Shown here: positions 1 to 7,230 of the stretch, one piece after another
How positions within the stretch are numbered: the first letter of the stretch is position 1
How the letters are laid out: each line of letters opens with the position of its first letter
From: Candidatus Auribacterota bacterium
Lineage (GTDB): Bacteria; Auribacterota; UBA6266
DNA: 9,091 nucleotides
Assembly (NCBI GenBank): GCA_023136205.1
Contig: JAGLRQ010000105.1
Span: 1 to 9,091 of the forward strand
Reading direction: 5' to 3'
Program-made: the position numbers and the translations under genes
Notes under the pieces: model-generated
Seen by the model: only the letters and a program-made list of their open reading frames with translations
What the model was told of the DNA's origin: nothing
The model's database searches: none

Positions 1-665
1 CATCTCTTAATCCTGTTTTCACGGTAGGTAACCAGGTTGCTGAAGTTTTCAAGGTTCATGCCGGGCTTAGTTCCGGGGAAGCCAGGAAAGCCGGTATTGA
101 TATGTTTAGAAAAGTGAAGATTCCCGATCCCGATATGAGATTTAATGATTATCCTCACCAGCTTTCAGGCGGGATGCAGCAAAGAGTTATGATAGCAATG
201 GCTCTTGCGTGCAAACCGGCACTTCTTATTGCTGATGAACCGACAACAGCACTCGATGTAACCATACAATCACAGATACTTGAACTTCTTTGTTCTTTAA
301 GAGATGAATTCTCCATGAGTATACTTTTTATAACTCATGATCTTGGTATTGTTTCTGAAGTAGGTGACAGGGTGATTGTTATGTATTCGGGAAAGATAGT
401 TGAAACCGGTTTAAAAGATGAAATTATACACAAACCCAAACATCCATATACCGCGGGGCTTCTGGACTCAATCCCTGAACTTGGGACAAGCGCCGAAAAG
501 CTGAATGTTATTCCGGGACAGGTGCCGAGCCCCTTGAAGGAGATTGATGGGTGCAGGTTTAATCCAAGGTGCCCGAGGGCAGTGGAAAGATGTTTTAAAG
601 AGGAGCCTCAACTTTTTGGAGTGGAAGAAAGTAGGAAGGCCGCGTGTTTTAATATGATGGGATGA
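1..665 (+). CDS. oppD: Peptide/nickel-family ABC transporter ATP-binding protein, OppD/DppD type (5'-truncated by window edge; reading frame starts at nt 3)
   Basis: The frame of the listed ORF 102-665 stays open back to nt 3 (SLNPVFTVGNQVAEVFKVHAGLSSGEARKAGID-MFRKV...), so the gene begins upstream of the window. It has the ABC signature LSGGMQQRVMIAMAL (the D-type variant), the Walker B motif LLIADEPTTALD and the H-loop ITHDL. A C-terminal Opp/Dpp-type extension carries four Cys (GCRFNPRCPRAVERC...AAC). Stop codon TGA at 663-665. Walker A lies outside the window. Confidence 0.95.
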   Translation, partial: SLNPVFTVGNQVAEVFKVHAGLSSGEARKAGIDMFRKVKIPDPDMRFNDYPHQLSGGMQQRVMIAMALACKPALLIADEPTTALDVTIQSQILELLCSLRDEFSMSILFITHDLGIVSEVGDRVIVMYSGKIVETGLKDEIIHKPKHPYTAGLLDSIPELGTSAEKLNVIPGQVPSPLKEIDGCRFNPRCPRAVERCFKEEPQLFGVEESRKAACFNMMG

Positions 666-724
666 TGATTGGAGATTAGAAAGAGTATTTTTTATCATAA
701 ATAAATCAGTGTAAGTGTTGGTAT

Positions 725-1690
725 ATGGCCTCAATCATAAAAACTGAAAATTTAAAAAAATATTACCCTGTAAAAAAAGGTGTGTTTTCACGTGTCGCGG
801 GATATGTCAAAGCCGTAGATTCAATTTCCCTGTCAATTAAAAGGGGAAGGACTTTGGGGCTTGTAGGTGAGTCGGGGTGTGGTAAGACGACGCTGGGGAG
901 AACGGTTATCCGCCTTTATGAGCCAACTGCGGGAAAAATATTTTTTAAAGGGGAAAACATTACGGCTTGTTCTCAGAAAGATCTGAAATCTTTAAGGAAA
1001 AATATGCAGATTATTTTTCAGGATCCATATTCATCTCTTAATCCAAGAATGACGGTTCTTGATATTGTCGGAGAGGGCCCTGTGGTGCACGGGCTTGCCA
1101 AAAATAAAAAGGAGAAACGCGAATTTGTTTCCGAAGTTCTTGATAAAGTTGGTTTGTCAGGTGAGCATATTGACAGGTATCCCCATGAATTTAGCGGGGG
1201 CCAGAGGCAGAGGATAGGAATAGCCCGGGCTGTTGTTATGACACCTGAGTTTATAGTCTGTGATGAACCGGTTTCTGCTCTGGATGTTTCAATCCAGGCG
1301 CAGATTATTAATCTTCTCATGGGCCTTAAGAATGAATTTAACATGGCGTATCTTTTTATTTCACATGATCTGAAGGTGGTCGAGTATATCAGTGATGAGG
1401 TTGCTGTAATGTATATGGGATGTGTGGTTGAACACGCGGAATCTAAAGCGATTTATAAAAACCCGCTTCATCCCTATACTGTCGCGCTAATGAATGCCAT
1501 CCCGGTAATTGATAAAAAAAGTGGAAGGAAAAAGGTTTTGCTTGGCGGAGATGTTCCTTCTTCTTTAAATCCTCCTCCGGGATGCGCGTTCCATACGCGT
1601 TGTCCCGAGTGCGTTCAAAAATGTAAGGTTACAAAGCCTGAATTAAGAGAAATAAGAGGGGGACACTGGACAGCATGTCACAAAAGATAA
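725..1690 (+). CDS. oppF: Peptide/nickel-family ABC transporter ATP-binding protein, OppF/DppF type
   Basis: It has Walker A GESGCGKTT, the signature FSGGQRQRIGIARA (the F-type variant), Walker B FIVCDEPVSALD and the H-loop ISHDL. The C-terminal extension is Cys-rich (GCAFHTRCPECVQKC...AC). The N-terminus MASIIKTENLKKYYPV is typical of the family. There is no clear SD, so the start is less certain than the frame. Confidence 0.94.
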   Translation: MASIIKTENLKKYYPVKKGVFSRVAGYVKAVDSISLSIKRGRTLGLVGESGCGKTTLGRTVIRLYEPTAGKIFFKGENITACSQKDLKSLRKNMQIIFQDPYSSLNPRMTVLDIVGEGPVVHGLAKNKKEKREFVSEVLDKVGLSGEHIDRYPHEFSGGQRQRIGIARAVVMTPEFIVCDEPVSALDVSIQAQIINLLMGLKNEFNMAYLFISHDLKVVEYISDEVAVMYMGCVVEHAESKAIYKNPLHPYTVALMNAIPVIDKKSGRKKVLLGGDVPSSLNPPPGCAFHTRCPECVQKCKVTKPELREIRGGHWTACHKR

Positions 1691-3291
1691 TCATCCTCTT
1701 ACTTCTCGCGGGTATTACTTTTTGCGCTTCTTGTGCTGAAAAAGAAGTTGTGGATGTTTATGATAATGCCGGACTTGAGCCTGTTACGGGCGATACTCTC
1801 GTAAGGCTTCTTCCCGCGGAACCTGATTTGCTTAATCCTGTTTTAAGTACAGATACCTATGCTTCAATTATAGAGGCCTTAATATTCGATTCGCTTATTG
1901 AAAGAAATCCTGAAACACTCGCGTTCAGGCCTCTTTGTGCTGAAAAATGGGAAGTATCGGCAGACGGGCTTGAATATACTTTCTATTTAAGGAAAGATAT
2001 TAAGTGGCAGGACGGGTTGCCTATGACGGCCCATGATGTAAAATTTTCCTTCGATAGAATCAAAGACCCTTTGGTAAATGCTCCTCACCTCCGTAATTAT
2101 TATGAAGATATAGAAAAACTCGAAGTGATGGATGATTATACGGTTAAGTTTACCTACAATAAGAAGTATTTCAGGGCACTTGAGATATGCGGTACCATGT
2201 CCATTTTGCCTGAGCATCTTTATGGAAAGAGCCCTTTTAACAACTCTCGCCTGAACAGAATGCCGGTAGGGAATGGGCCATACAGATTTTTGCAATGGAA
2301 TACAGGACGTGACATAGTTCTTGAAAGGAATAAGGGCTACTGGGGCAAGAAGCCATATATTGAAAAAATTGTGTTTAAGATTATTACCGATAATACTGTT
2401 GCCCTTCAACTGCTTAAAAAACGCGAAATAGACCTGATGATTTTGACTGCTCTTCAATGGGAAAGCCAAACCAGCTCAGAAAAGTTTAATTCCAGGTTTT
2501 CAAAGTTAAAATACTATGTCTCGGGATATTCATATATCGGGTGGAACATCAGAAATCCTCTTTTCGCGGATAAAAGGGTGAGGATAGCAATGACTCATTT
2601 TATAGACAGAAAGAAGATACTCGAGAAGTTGCTTTATAACCTTGGGACTGTGGTTACAGGCAACTTTTATGTAAACAGCCCTGAGTACAATAAAAACATA
2701 AACCCGTATGAATATAACCCTCAAAAAGCGGGGGAGCTTCTAAGGGATGCCGGGTGGAAAGATACTGACGGTGACGGTATTCTGGATAAGGATGGAAGGA
2801 AATTTGAGTTTGAATTTTTAATACCTTCTGGGAATGATTTCAGGGAAAAGCTTGCAACCATAATTAAAGAAGACCTGGCAGTTCAGGGGATAAATGTTGA
2901 AATAAAAAAGCTTGAGTGGGCAGTGTTTATACAGAACTTAAGCGAGCGCGATTTTGATGCCACAAGCCTGGGGTGGTCGATGCCCCTCGAAGCGGACCCC
3001 TACCAGGTCTGGCATTCTTCCCAGGCGGAACAGGGATCCAATTTCGTCGGCTTCAAAAATAAAAGGGCCGATGAGCTTATTCTTCTTATAAGGGAGACCC
3101 TTGAAAAAGAGAAAAGGATTGAATATTGTCATGAGTTTCATGAGATCATACACAAAGAACAACCCTATACTTTCCTGTTTTGCAGCGAATCCCTTGTTGC
3201 TCTTGATAAAAGGTTTATGAATGTGAAGGTTTATCCTCTGGGAATAAGGCCGATTGAATGGTATGTCCCAGAAGAATTGCAAAAATACTAG
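1675..3291 (+). CDS. Extracellular solute-binding protein, family 5 (peptide/nickel SBP), probable lipoprotein
   Basis: 538 aa, the typical size for a family-5 SBP. The N-terminal signal MSQKIIILLLLAGITFCASC has Cys residues placed as in a lipobox, though the match to the lipobox consensus is imperfect. Family-typical segments include WQDG, GNGPYRF, ERN..YWG, DTDGDGILDKDG and EQPYTFL. The ATG at 1675 overlaps the oppF-like stop by 16 nt. A purine-rich GAGGGGG lies about 12 nt upstream. Confidence 0.9.
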   Translation: MSQKIIILLLLAGITFCASCAEKEVVDVYDNAGLEPVTGDTLVRLLPAEPDLLNPVLSTDTYASIIEALIFDSLIERNPETLAFRPLCAEKWEVSADGLEYTFYLRKDIKWQDGLPMTAHDVKFSFDRIKDPLVNAPHLRNYYEDIEKLEVMDDYTVKFTYNKKYFRALEICGTMSILPEHLYGKSPFNNSRLNRMPVGNGPYRFLQWNTGRDIVLERNKGYWGKKPYIEKIVFKIITDNTVALQLLKKREIDLMILTALQWESQTSSEKFNSRFSKLKYYVSGYSYIGWNIRNPLFADKRVRIAMTHFIDRKKILEKLLYNLGTVVTGNFYVNSPEYNKNINPYEYNPQKAGELLRDAGWKDTDGDGILDKDGRKFEFEFLIPSGNDFREKLATIIKEDLAVQGINVEIKKLEWAVFIQNLSERDFDATSLGWSMPLEADPYQVWHSSQAEQGSNFVGFKNKRADELILLIRETLEKEKRIEYCHEFHEIIHKEQPYTFLFCSESLVALDKRFMNVKVYPLGIRPIEWYVPEELQKY

Positions 3292-3351
3292 ATACTGTTT
3301 TTTACGAGATAGTGCGTAGCGCAGCGTAGCCTCCCCGGAGGGGACTAATTT

Positions 3352-4344
3352 ATGAAAGAATATTTATTAAGAAGGCTTTTGATGATAATACCCACTTATC
3401 TGGGAATTACCATTGTTACGTTTGTGATAATTCAACTTGCGCCGGGCAGTCCTGTTTCAGCAAAGCTGGGTATAGGAGAATCGTTAAAGGATAATGTTTT
3501 TAACAGAAAGATAATTGAGGATACAAAAAAACTTTACGGCCTGGATAGGCCTGTTATAGCCCAGTATTTTGACTGGCTAAAAAGGAGCCTTACATTTGAT
3601 TTTGGGGATTCTTTCAAGGATAATAGGCCTGTGATGGAGAAAATAGCTGAAAGGGTTCCGGTTACGCTCCAGATAAATATTATTGCGATTCTCGCGGTCT
3701 ACCTGATTTCGGTTCCAATAGGAGTATTTTCGGCTGTCAAGCACAATAGTCTTGCGGATAAAGCGGTTACTGTGATTATTTTTGTTCTTTACTCTCTGCC
3801 TAACTTCTGGGTTGCCATACTCCTTATAACTTTTCTTGGAGGGGGTGAGTACCTTGATATTTTTCCTATATACGGCCTGAATTCATATGGCATAGAGGGA
3901 GCTTCTTTTTTTAATTTCCTGCTGGACAGGCTATGGCATCTTGTTTTACCCGTTACATGTCTGGCATACGCGGGACTGGCTTCTCTCTCAAGGTATGCTA
4001 AAGTCGGTATGCTTGATGTTATCAGGCAGGATTATATACTTACGGCAAGGGCAAAAGGCCTTTCTGAAAAAGCTGTAATATTTAAACATGCTTTGAGGAA
4101 TTCTGTTATTCCGATAGTTACACTTCTTGCCGGCCTTCTTCCGGCTATGCTTGGCGGAAGTGTGATAGTAGAGTCGATCTTCTCAATACCGGGTATGGGA
4201 AAGCTCGGATTTGAATCAATACTTGCCCGCGATTATCCGACGATAATGGGGATTGTTTCGATTTCGGCCCTGCTGACTCTGGCCGGGTTTCTTATTTCGG
4301 ACATTTTATATGCGGTTGTTGACCCGAGGATTTCTTACGAATGA
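3352..4344 (+). CDS. oppB: ABC transporter permease, OppB/DppB type
   Basis: The N-terminus YLLRRLLMIIPTYLGITIVTFVIIQLAPGSP is the hallmark start of B-type permeases. There are multiple hydrophobic TM segments. An EAA-like loop (YILTARAKGLSEKAVIFKHALRNS) is present. SD GGAGGGG at 3337-3343 lies 8 nt before the ATG. Confidence 0.93.
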   Translation: MKEYLLRRLLMIIPTYLGITIVTFVIIQLAPGSPVSAKLGIGESLKDNVFNRKIIEDTKKLYGLDRPVIAQYFDWLKRSLTFDFGDSFKDNRPVMEKIAERVPVTLQINIIAILAVYLISVPIGVFSAVKHNSLADKAVTVIIFVLYSLPNFWVAILLITFLGGGEYLDIFPIYGLNSYGIEGASFFNFLLDRLWHLVLPVTCLAYAGLASLSRYAKVGMLDVIRQDYILTARAKGLSEKAVIFKHALRNSVIPIVTLLAGLLPAMLGGSVIVESIFSIPGMGKLGFESILARDYPTIMGIVSISALLTLAGFLISDILYAVVDPRISYE

Positions 4345-5297
4345 GGGAGCAAGGCTATTACAGACAGGTTTGGAAAAAATTTAAAAAAAACCGTCTTGCT
4401 ATGACGGGTTTCTACACGGCTGTAATTATGGGCTTTATAGCTGTCGCGGCTCCTGTTATAGCAAATAACAGGCCTATTATTGCCCGTACGCGGTCCGGTG
4501 AGGTAATCTTTCCTTTTTTGAATACAGGCATGGGGTATAAGGATAGGGATTATACCTTTGAGATTAACCCTTTAATTCCGTACAGCCCTTCGGAATATGA
4601 CCTTGACAGTGTTCTGATTGCTCCTTCTGTTAAACATTTTTTTGGTACCGATGACAGGGGGAGAGATGTGGCAAGCCGTCTTGTTTACGGTGCGCGTATA
4701 TCCCTGTCAATTGGTTTTGTTGCTGTTTCTATTTATGTTTTTATTGGTTTGGTTCTTGGTTCAGTCGCGGGATATTTTGGCAGGAAAGTTGATATAGTAA
4801 TATCGAGATTAATTGAGATAATGATATGCTTTCCAACATTTTTCCTGATAATTACTATTATTGCTTATCTTCCTTCAAGTATCTATAACATTATGATAGT
4901 GATAGGGATAACCGGGTGGACCGGGGTAGCCCGGCTTATAAGAGGAGAAATATTTAAAATAAAAAACATTGATTATGTTTATTCGGCCCGCGCGCTGGGG
5001 GTTTCCGCGGACAGGATTATTTTTAAGCATATTCTTCCAAATGCCATAGGGCCTGTTCTTGTTTCCGCGACTTTTGGCATAGCCGGCGCGATCCTTGTAG
5101 AGTCAAGCTTAAGCTTCCTTGGCTTTGGCGTTCAGCCTCCGACTCCATCCTGGGGAGAAATTCTCTTTCAGGCAAAGCAGTATCTGTCCTGGTGGCTTGT
5201 GATTTTTCCGGGGCTGGCAATATTTATAACGATTACATCTTTTAATCTTGTGGGAGAGGGGTTAAGAGACGCGATTGACCCGAAGTTTTCCAAATAA
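4341..5297 (+). CDS. oppC: ABC transporter permease, OppC/DppC type
   Basis: The N-terminus YRQVWKKFKKNRLAMTGF is the C-type hallmark. Also present are GTDDRGRDVASRLVYGAR and the EAA-like loop YVYSARALGVSADRIIFKHILPN. The ATGA start/stop overlap with the upstream permease (4341-4344) indicates translational coupling. Confidence 0.93.
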   Translation: MREQGYYRQVWKKFKKNRLAMTGFYTAVIMGFIAVAAPVIANNRPIIARTRSGEVIFPFLNTGMGYKDRDYTFEINPLIPYSPSEYDLDSVLIAPSVKHFFGTDDRGRDVASRLVYGARISLSIGFVAVSIYVFIGLVLGSVAGYFGRKVDIVISRLIEIMICFPTFFLIITIIAYLPSSIYNIMIVIGITGWTGVARLIRGEIFKIKNIDYVYSARALGVSADRIIFKHILPNAIGPVLVSATFGIAGAILVESSLSFLGFGVQPPTPSWGEILFQAKQYLSWWLVIFPGLAIFITITSFNLVGEGLRDAIDPKFSK

Positions 5298-5319
5298 ATC
5301 AAATGATTTGATTTATTTG
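5291..5319. terminator. Perfect 14+1+14 AT-rich palindrome between convergent operons; candidate bidirectional terminator or protein-binding site
   Basis: The sequence is CAAATAAATCAAAT-G-ATTTGATTTATTTG. I checked all 14 arm positions and every one pairs. It overlaps the oppC-like TAA stop (5295-5297). Only 2 of the 14 pairs are G:C, so the hairpin is weak. Both arms end U-rich when transcribed from either strand. Confidence 0.4.
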
Positions 5320-5349
5320 CGATTCACCATTCACGAACAACGATTCACG
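5320..5349. repeat. Three direct copies of ATTCAC (CGATTCAC / CATTCACG / CGATTCACG)
   Basis: ATTCAC begins at 5322, 5329 and 5343, giving offsets of 7 and 14 nt. CGATTCAC occurs at 5320-5327 and 5341-5348, 21 nt apart. The repeats sit between the palindrome and the stop of the minus-strand HAMP gene. Confidence 0.5.
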
Positions 5350-5355
5350 CTATTT

Positions 5356-5943
5356 TCAGGACGTAGTCTTAAACTTCGAAAGTATTTCATTCAGCTCAGA
5401 AATATTTTTCTGAATCTTGTCAATGGGGATCTTTAATTTATCATCCGGAGAGGTGTTTTCTTTAATATCTGACACACCAATAGAAATTTCCTTTGCGGTG
5501 AACTTGCTTTCACCTATGGTTCTGTCTATTGTAGAGGCCAGGTTGTTTATTTGATTGGCAATTGTTTTAAGTTCGTCACCTTTTCTTAGGCGGACTCTCT
5601 TCCTCAAGTTTCCTTTTGAGAGTTCTCCAATATCGGTTTCCAGCCTGTAAATAGGCCCTGCTATTTTGTGGGATAAGAAAATGCTCAGGATGATTAGCAG
5701 GGGGGTCATAAGAACAAGGTTTGAAATGAGCTTTCCCCTTATGGTTTTCATTATTGGAGTAAGCCTGTACTGGGGATATACCTTTTCGAGCTTCTCCTCC
5801 ATAAGAGGCCAGCCTGTCTGGTAAATGGTAACTCCGGTTATAGTAGATGCTAAAATTATTATAATAAGGGTTGCGGCAATATATTTTAGCTGGAGTTTAC
5901 CTTTGATTATGTAATTAGTTCTCATCTTTATGGATTTTACCAT
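5356..5943 (-). CDS. Small membrane protein: two TM helices + HAMP domain, no recognisable output domain
   Basis: 195 aa. TM1 spans about aa 20-41, followed by a short loop of about 30 aa and TM2 at about aa 72-91. A HAMP-like segment follows immediately (HKIAGPIYRLETDIGELSKGNLRKRVRLRKGDELKTIANQINNLASTI), containing the conserved Pro and the DE..L..FN-like motif. The C-terminal tail is about 55 aa, charged and helical. SD AGGAG lies 7 nt upstream of the ATG (complement of 5951-5955). Confidence 0.8.
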   Translation of the reverse strand: MVKSIKMRTNYIIKGKLQLKYIAATLIIIILASTITGVTIYQTGWPLMEEKLEKVYPQYRLTPIMKTIRGKLISNLVLMTPLLIILSIFLSHKIAGPIYRLETDIGELSKGNLRKRVRLRKGDELKTIANQINNLASTIDRTIGESKFTAKEISIGVSDIKENTSPDDKLKIPIDKIQKNISELNEILSKFKTTS

Positions 5944-5991
5944 AAGAGGACTCCTTTCATTTTTGCTTTTTGAAAATTTGATTGGTTGTCT

Positions 5992-6987
5992 TTATTCATT
6001 TTTCGGATACGCGGCTTTTTCTTGTTCAAGTTCAGGGGTTAAATCGACCCCCCTTATTAATTGAACACGCCTGTTGATAAGTAAATCCATAGTTTTTGTT
6101 GTAGCGTTGGACAGTTCCCTGATTGCTTTTTCTATAGGCATGTACCTTGTTGGTTGTCCGTTTATAGCTATAATCAGGTCTAAGGCTTTTAGCCCGGCAA
6201 GGTCCGCGGGTTTTTTTGACATTACGCTGATTACCGTAAGCCCTGCCTCTTCCATGCTTAGTGAAGCTCCAATTCCGCTAAATGTTCTGCTGCCCCATTT
6301 AATTTCTTTTCTTTCAGGTTTTATGTTTCTCTGTATTGTAATATCGACTTTGGACCCCTTGGGCCCGGTAAGCATTTTTGTAACTTCATCATAATGACTG
6401 AATTTTACCGCTTTATCCCATATCAAAACCAGATAATCATTTTCTTTTATTCCTGCATTGTCAGCGGGAGAATTGGGGGCCACTTCCGATATCCTGAAAC
6501 TATCCCCTGTTTTCTCAAATAAGAATCCTAGATTGGATTTAAGAATTGCTTCATGCGATTCCTTTATCTTTTGAAGTTTTTCTTTTTTTGTTCTTAGTTT
6601 TTCCAGGAGTTCTTTTTTACGAGCTTTCTTTTTATCCAGGAGATCATTTATTCTGCTTATCGCGTCTTTTGCTTCACGCAGATTAGGTTTGGTTTCCAGG
6701 GCCAGGTTATAGTAGCGGATAGCTCTCTGGTAATCCTTTCTCTCTTCGTACTTTGACGCGAGCAGCATATAGTTGTTTTCCGGGTCGTCGTAAATTATAT
6801 TGTTTATCTGGTCTGACAGTATCTCGACTTCACCTTCAGGAAGTGAAAGAACTATACGGTCGGCGTATTTGTCGACGACGATGCCTATCTGCCTGCCGCC
6901 GTTTTTAAGGTACACTACATCCGAAAAGGCAGGTAACGCCGCAAGGAAGAGAAAGCAGACAATCAAATATGTAGAAACCATTCTCAT
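5992..6987 (-). CDS. Secreted/periplasmic protein: signal peptide, small beta domain, TPR-like repeat, K/E-rich coiled coil, two PDZ domains; no protease domain
   Basis: 331 aa. The signal peptide is MRMVSTYLIVCFLFLAALPAFS|D. A VVYLKNGG...beta-rich segment follows. A TPR-like segment is present (ASKYEERKDYQRAIRYYNLALETKPN). The coiled coil is KKKARKKELLEKLRTKKEKLQKIKE. PDZ1 spans about aa 153-220 (ISEVAPNSPADNAGIKENDYLV). PDZ2 spans about aa 237-307 (VISVMSKKPADLAGLKALDLIIAINGQ). It lies 48 nt upstream of the HAMP gene with no hairpin between them. Confidence 0.85.
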   Translation of the reverse strand: MRMVSTYLIVCFLFLAALPAFSDVVYLKNGGRQIGIVVDKYADRIVLSLPEGEVEILSDQINNIIYDDPENNYMLLASKYEERKDYQRAIRYYNLALETKPNLREAKDAISRINDLLDKKKARKKELLEKLRTKKEKLQKIKESHEAILKSNLGFLFEKTGDSFRISEVAPNSPADNAGIKENDYLVLIWDKAVKFSHYDEVTKMLTGPKGSKVDITIQRNIKPERKEIKWGSRTFSGIGASLSMEEAGLTVISVMSKKPADLAGLKALDLIIAINGQPTRYMPIEKAIRELSNATTKTMDLLINRRVQLIRGVDLTPELEQEKAAYPKNE

Positions 6988-6995
6988 TAACTAAA

Positions 6996-7024
6996 TAAAT
7001 AACATGTTGCCAGTTTGTAGTCAA
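6996..7024 (-). promoter_or_regulatory. Candidate sigma70-type promoter for the PDZ/HAMP unit (possibly giving a leaderless or near-leaderless mRNA)
   Basis: On the minus strand, TTGACT (7024-7019) is followed by a 17-nt spacer and then TATTTA (7001-6996). Only 8 nt separate the -10 element from the ATG at 6987. No SD is visible upstream of that ATG. Confidence 0.25.
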
Positions 7025-7104
7025 GTATTACTTACAGGAGCAAAAATGCTGGTTTATTGAAGAGATTTGACAAAAAAGCTTTGTTCTTTTGTTACCGATT
7101 TTTG

Positions 7105-7134
7105 TTGACACAGTTACTTTTAGAGTGGTAATTT
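7105..7134 (+). promoter_or_regulatory. Candidate sigma70-type promoter for the zinc-ribbon gene
   Basis: TTGACA (7105-7110) is followed by an 18-nt spacer that ends in the extended -10 TGG, then TAATTT (7129-7134). The spacer is 1 nt longer than optimal. A second TTGACA at 7067-7072 has no acceptable -10 element. Confidence 0.4.
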
Positions 7135-7169
7135 CGTATTGCGTATTGAGTGATGTGTATTGCGTGTTT
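7135..7169 (+). repeat. Five tandem heptamers, consensus cGTaTTG, immediately downstream of the candidate -10
   Basis: The run reads CGTATTG|CGTATTG|AGTGATG|TGTATTG|CGTGTTT with no gaps. The first four units share the pattern NGTNNTG, and the fifth is degenerate. Confidence 0.7.
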
Positions 7170-7230
7170 GTTTTTTTGCGCGCGATATGTAACTTTTCAA
7201 CAGTTAGCACATTAAAAGGAGGAATGTATT

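Noticed and set aside
3314-3330. Direct repeat GCGTAGC-GCA-GCGTAGC in the SBP/permease spacer
   Set aside because: It is only two 7-mers with a 4-bp mini-hairpin (TGCG-TAG-CGCA). That is too short to distinguish from chance. The adjacent GC hairpin over the SD is the more plausible functional element.
4383-4390. A8 homopolymer (plus a nearby A6 at 4374-4379) near the 5' end of the oppC-like gene, as a possible slipped-strand phase-variation tract
   Set aside because: The tract encodes the conserved basic KKFKKN segment of C-type permeases. Runs of A are expected for Lys/Asn codons in AT-leaning genomes. Eight nucleotides is short for a contingency locus.
468-5220. Antisense ORFs inside the opp-like genes (468-734, 1018-1344, 1987-2469, 2530-2724, 2938-3282, 5023-5220, all minus strand; the longest is 160 aa)
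   Set aside because: Each lies wholly or almost wholly opposite a + strand gene that has strong family motifs. Their translations are low-complexity or hydrophobic-random with no recognisable motifs, and I could find no SD for any of them. This is typical of shadow ORFs in AT-leaning DNA.
6074-6994. + strand ORFs 6074-6394 (106 aa) and 6800-6994 (64 aa), opposite the PDZ-protein gene
   Set aside because: These are shadow ORFs of a minus-strand gene that has clear signal-peptide, TPR and PDZ features. They have no SD and no motifs.
7028-7210. Minus-strand 60-aa ORF filling the divergent intergenic region
   Set aside because: It runs through the candidate promoter and the heptad repeats. It has no SD. 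Its sequence (…KKTNTQYTSLNTQYEITTLKV…) simply mirrors the repeat. It would also collide head-on with the zinc-ribbon promoter. It is most likely non-coding.
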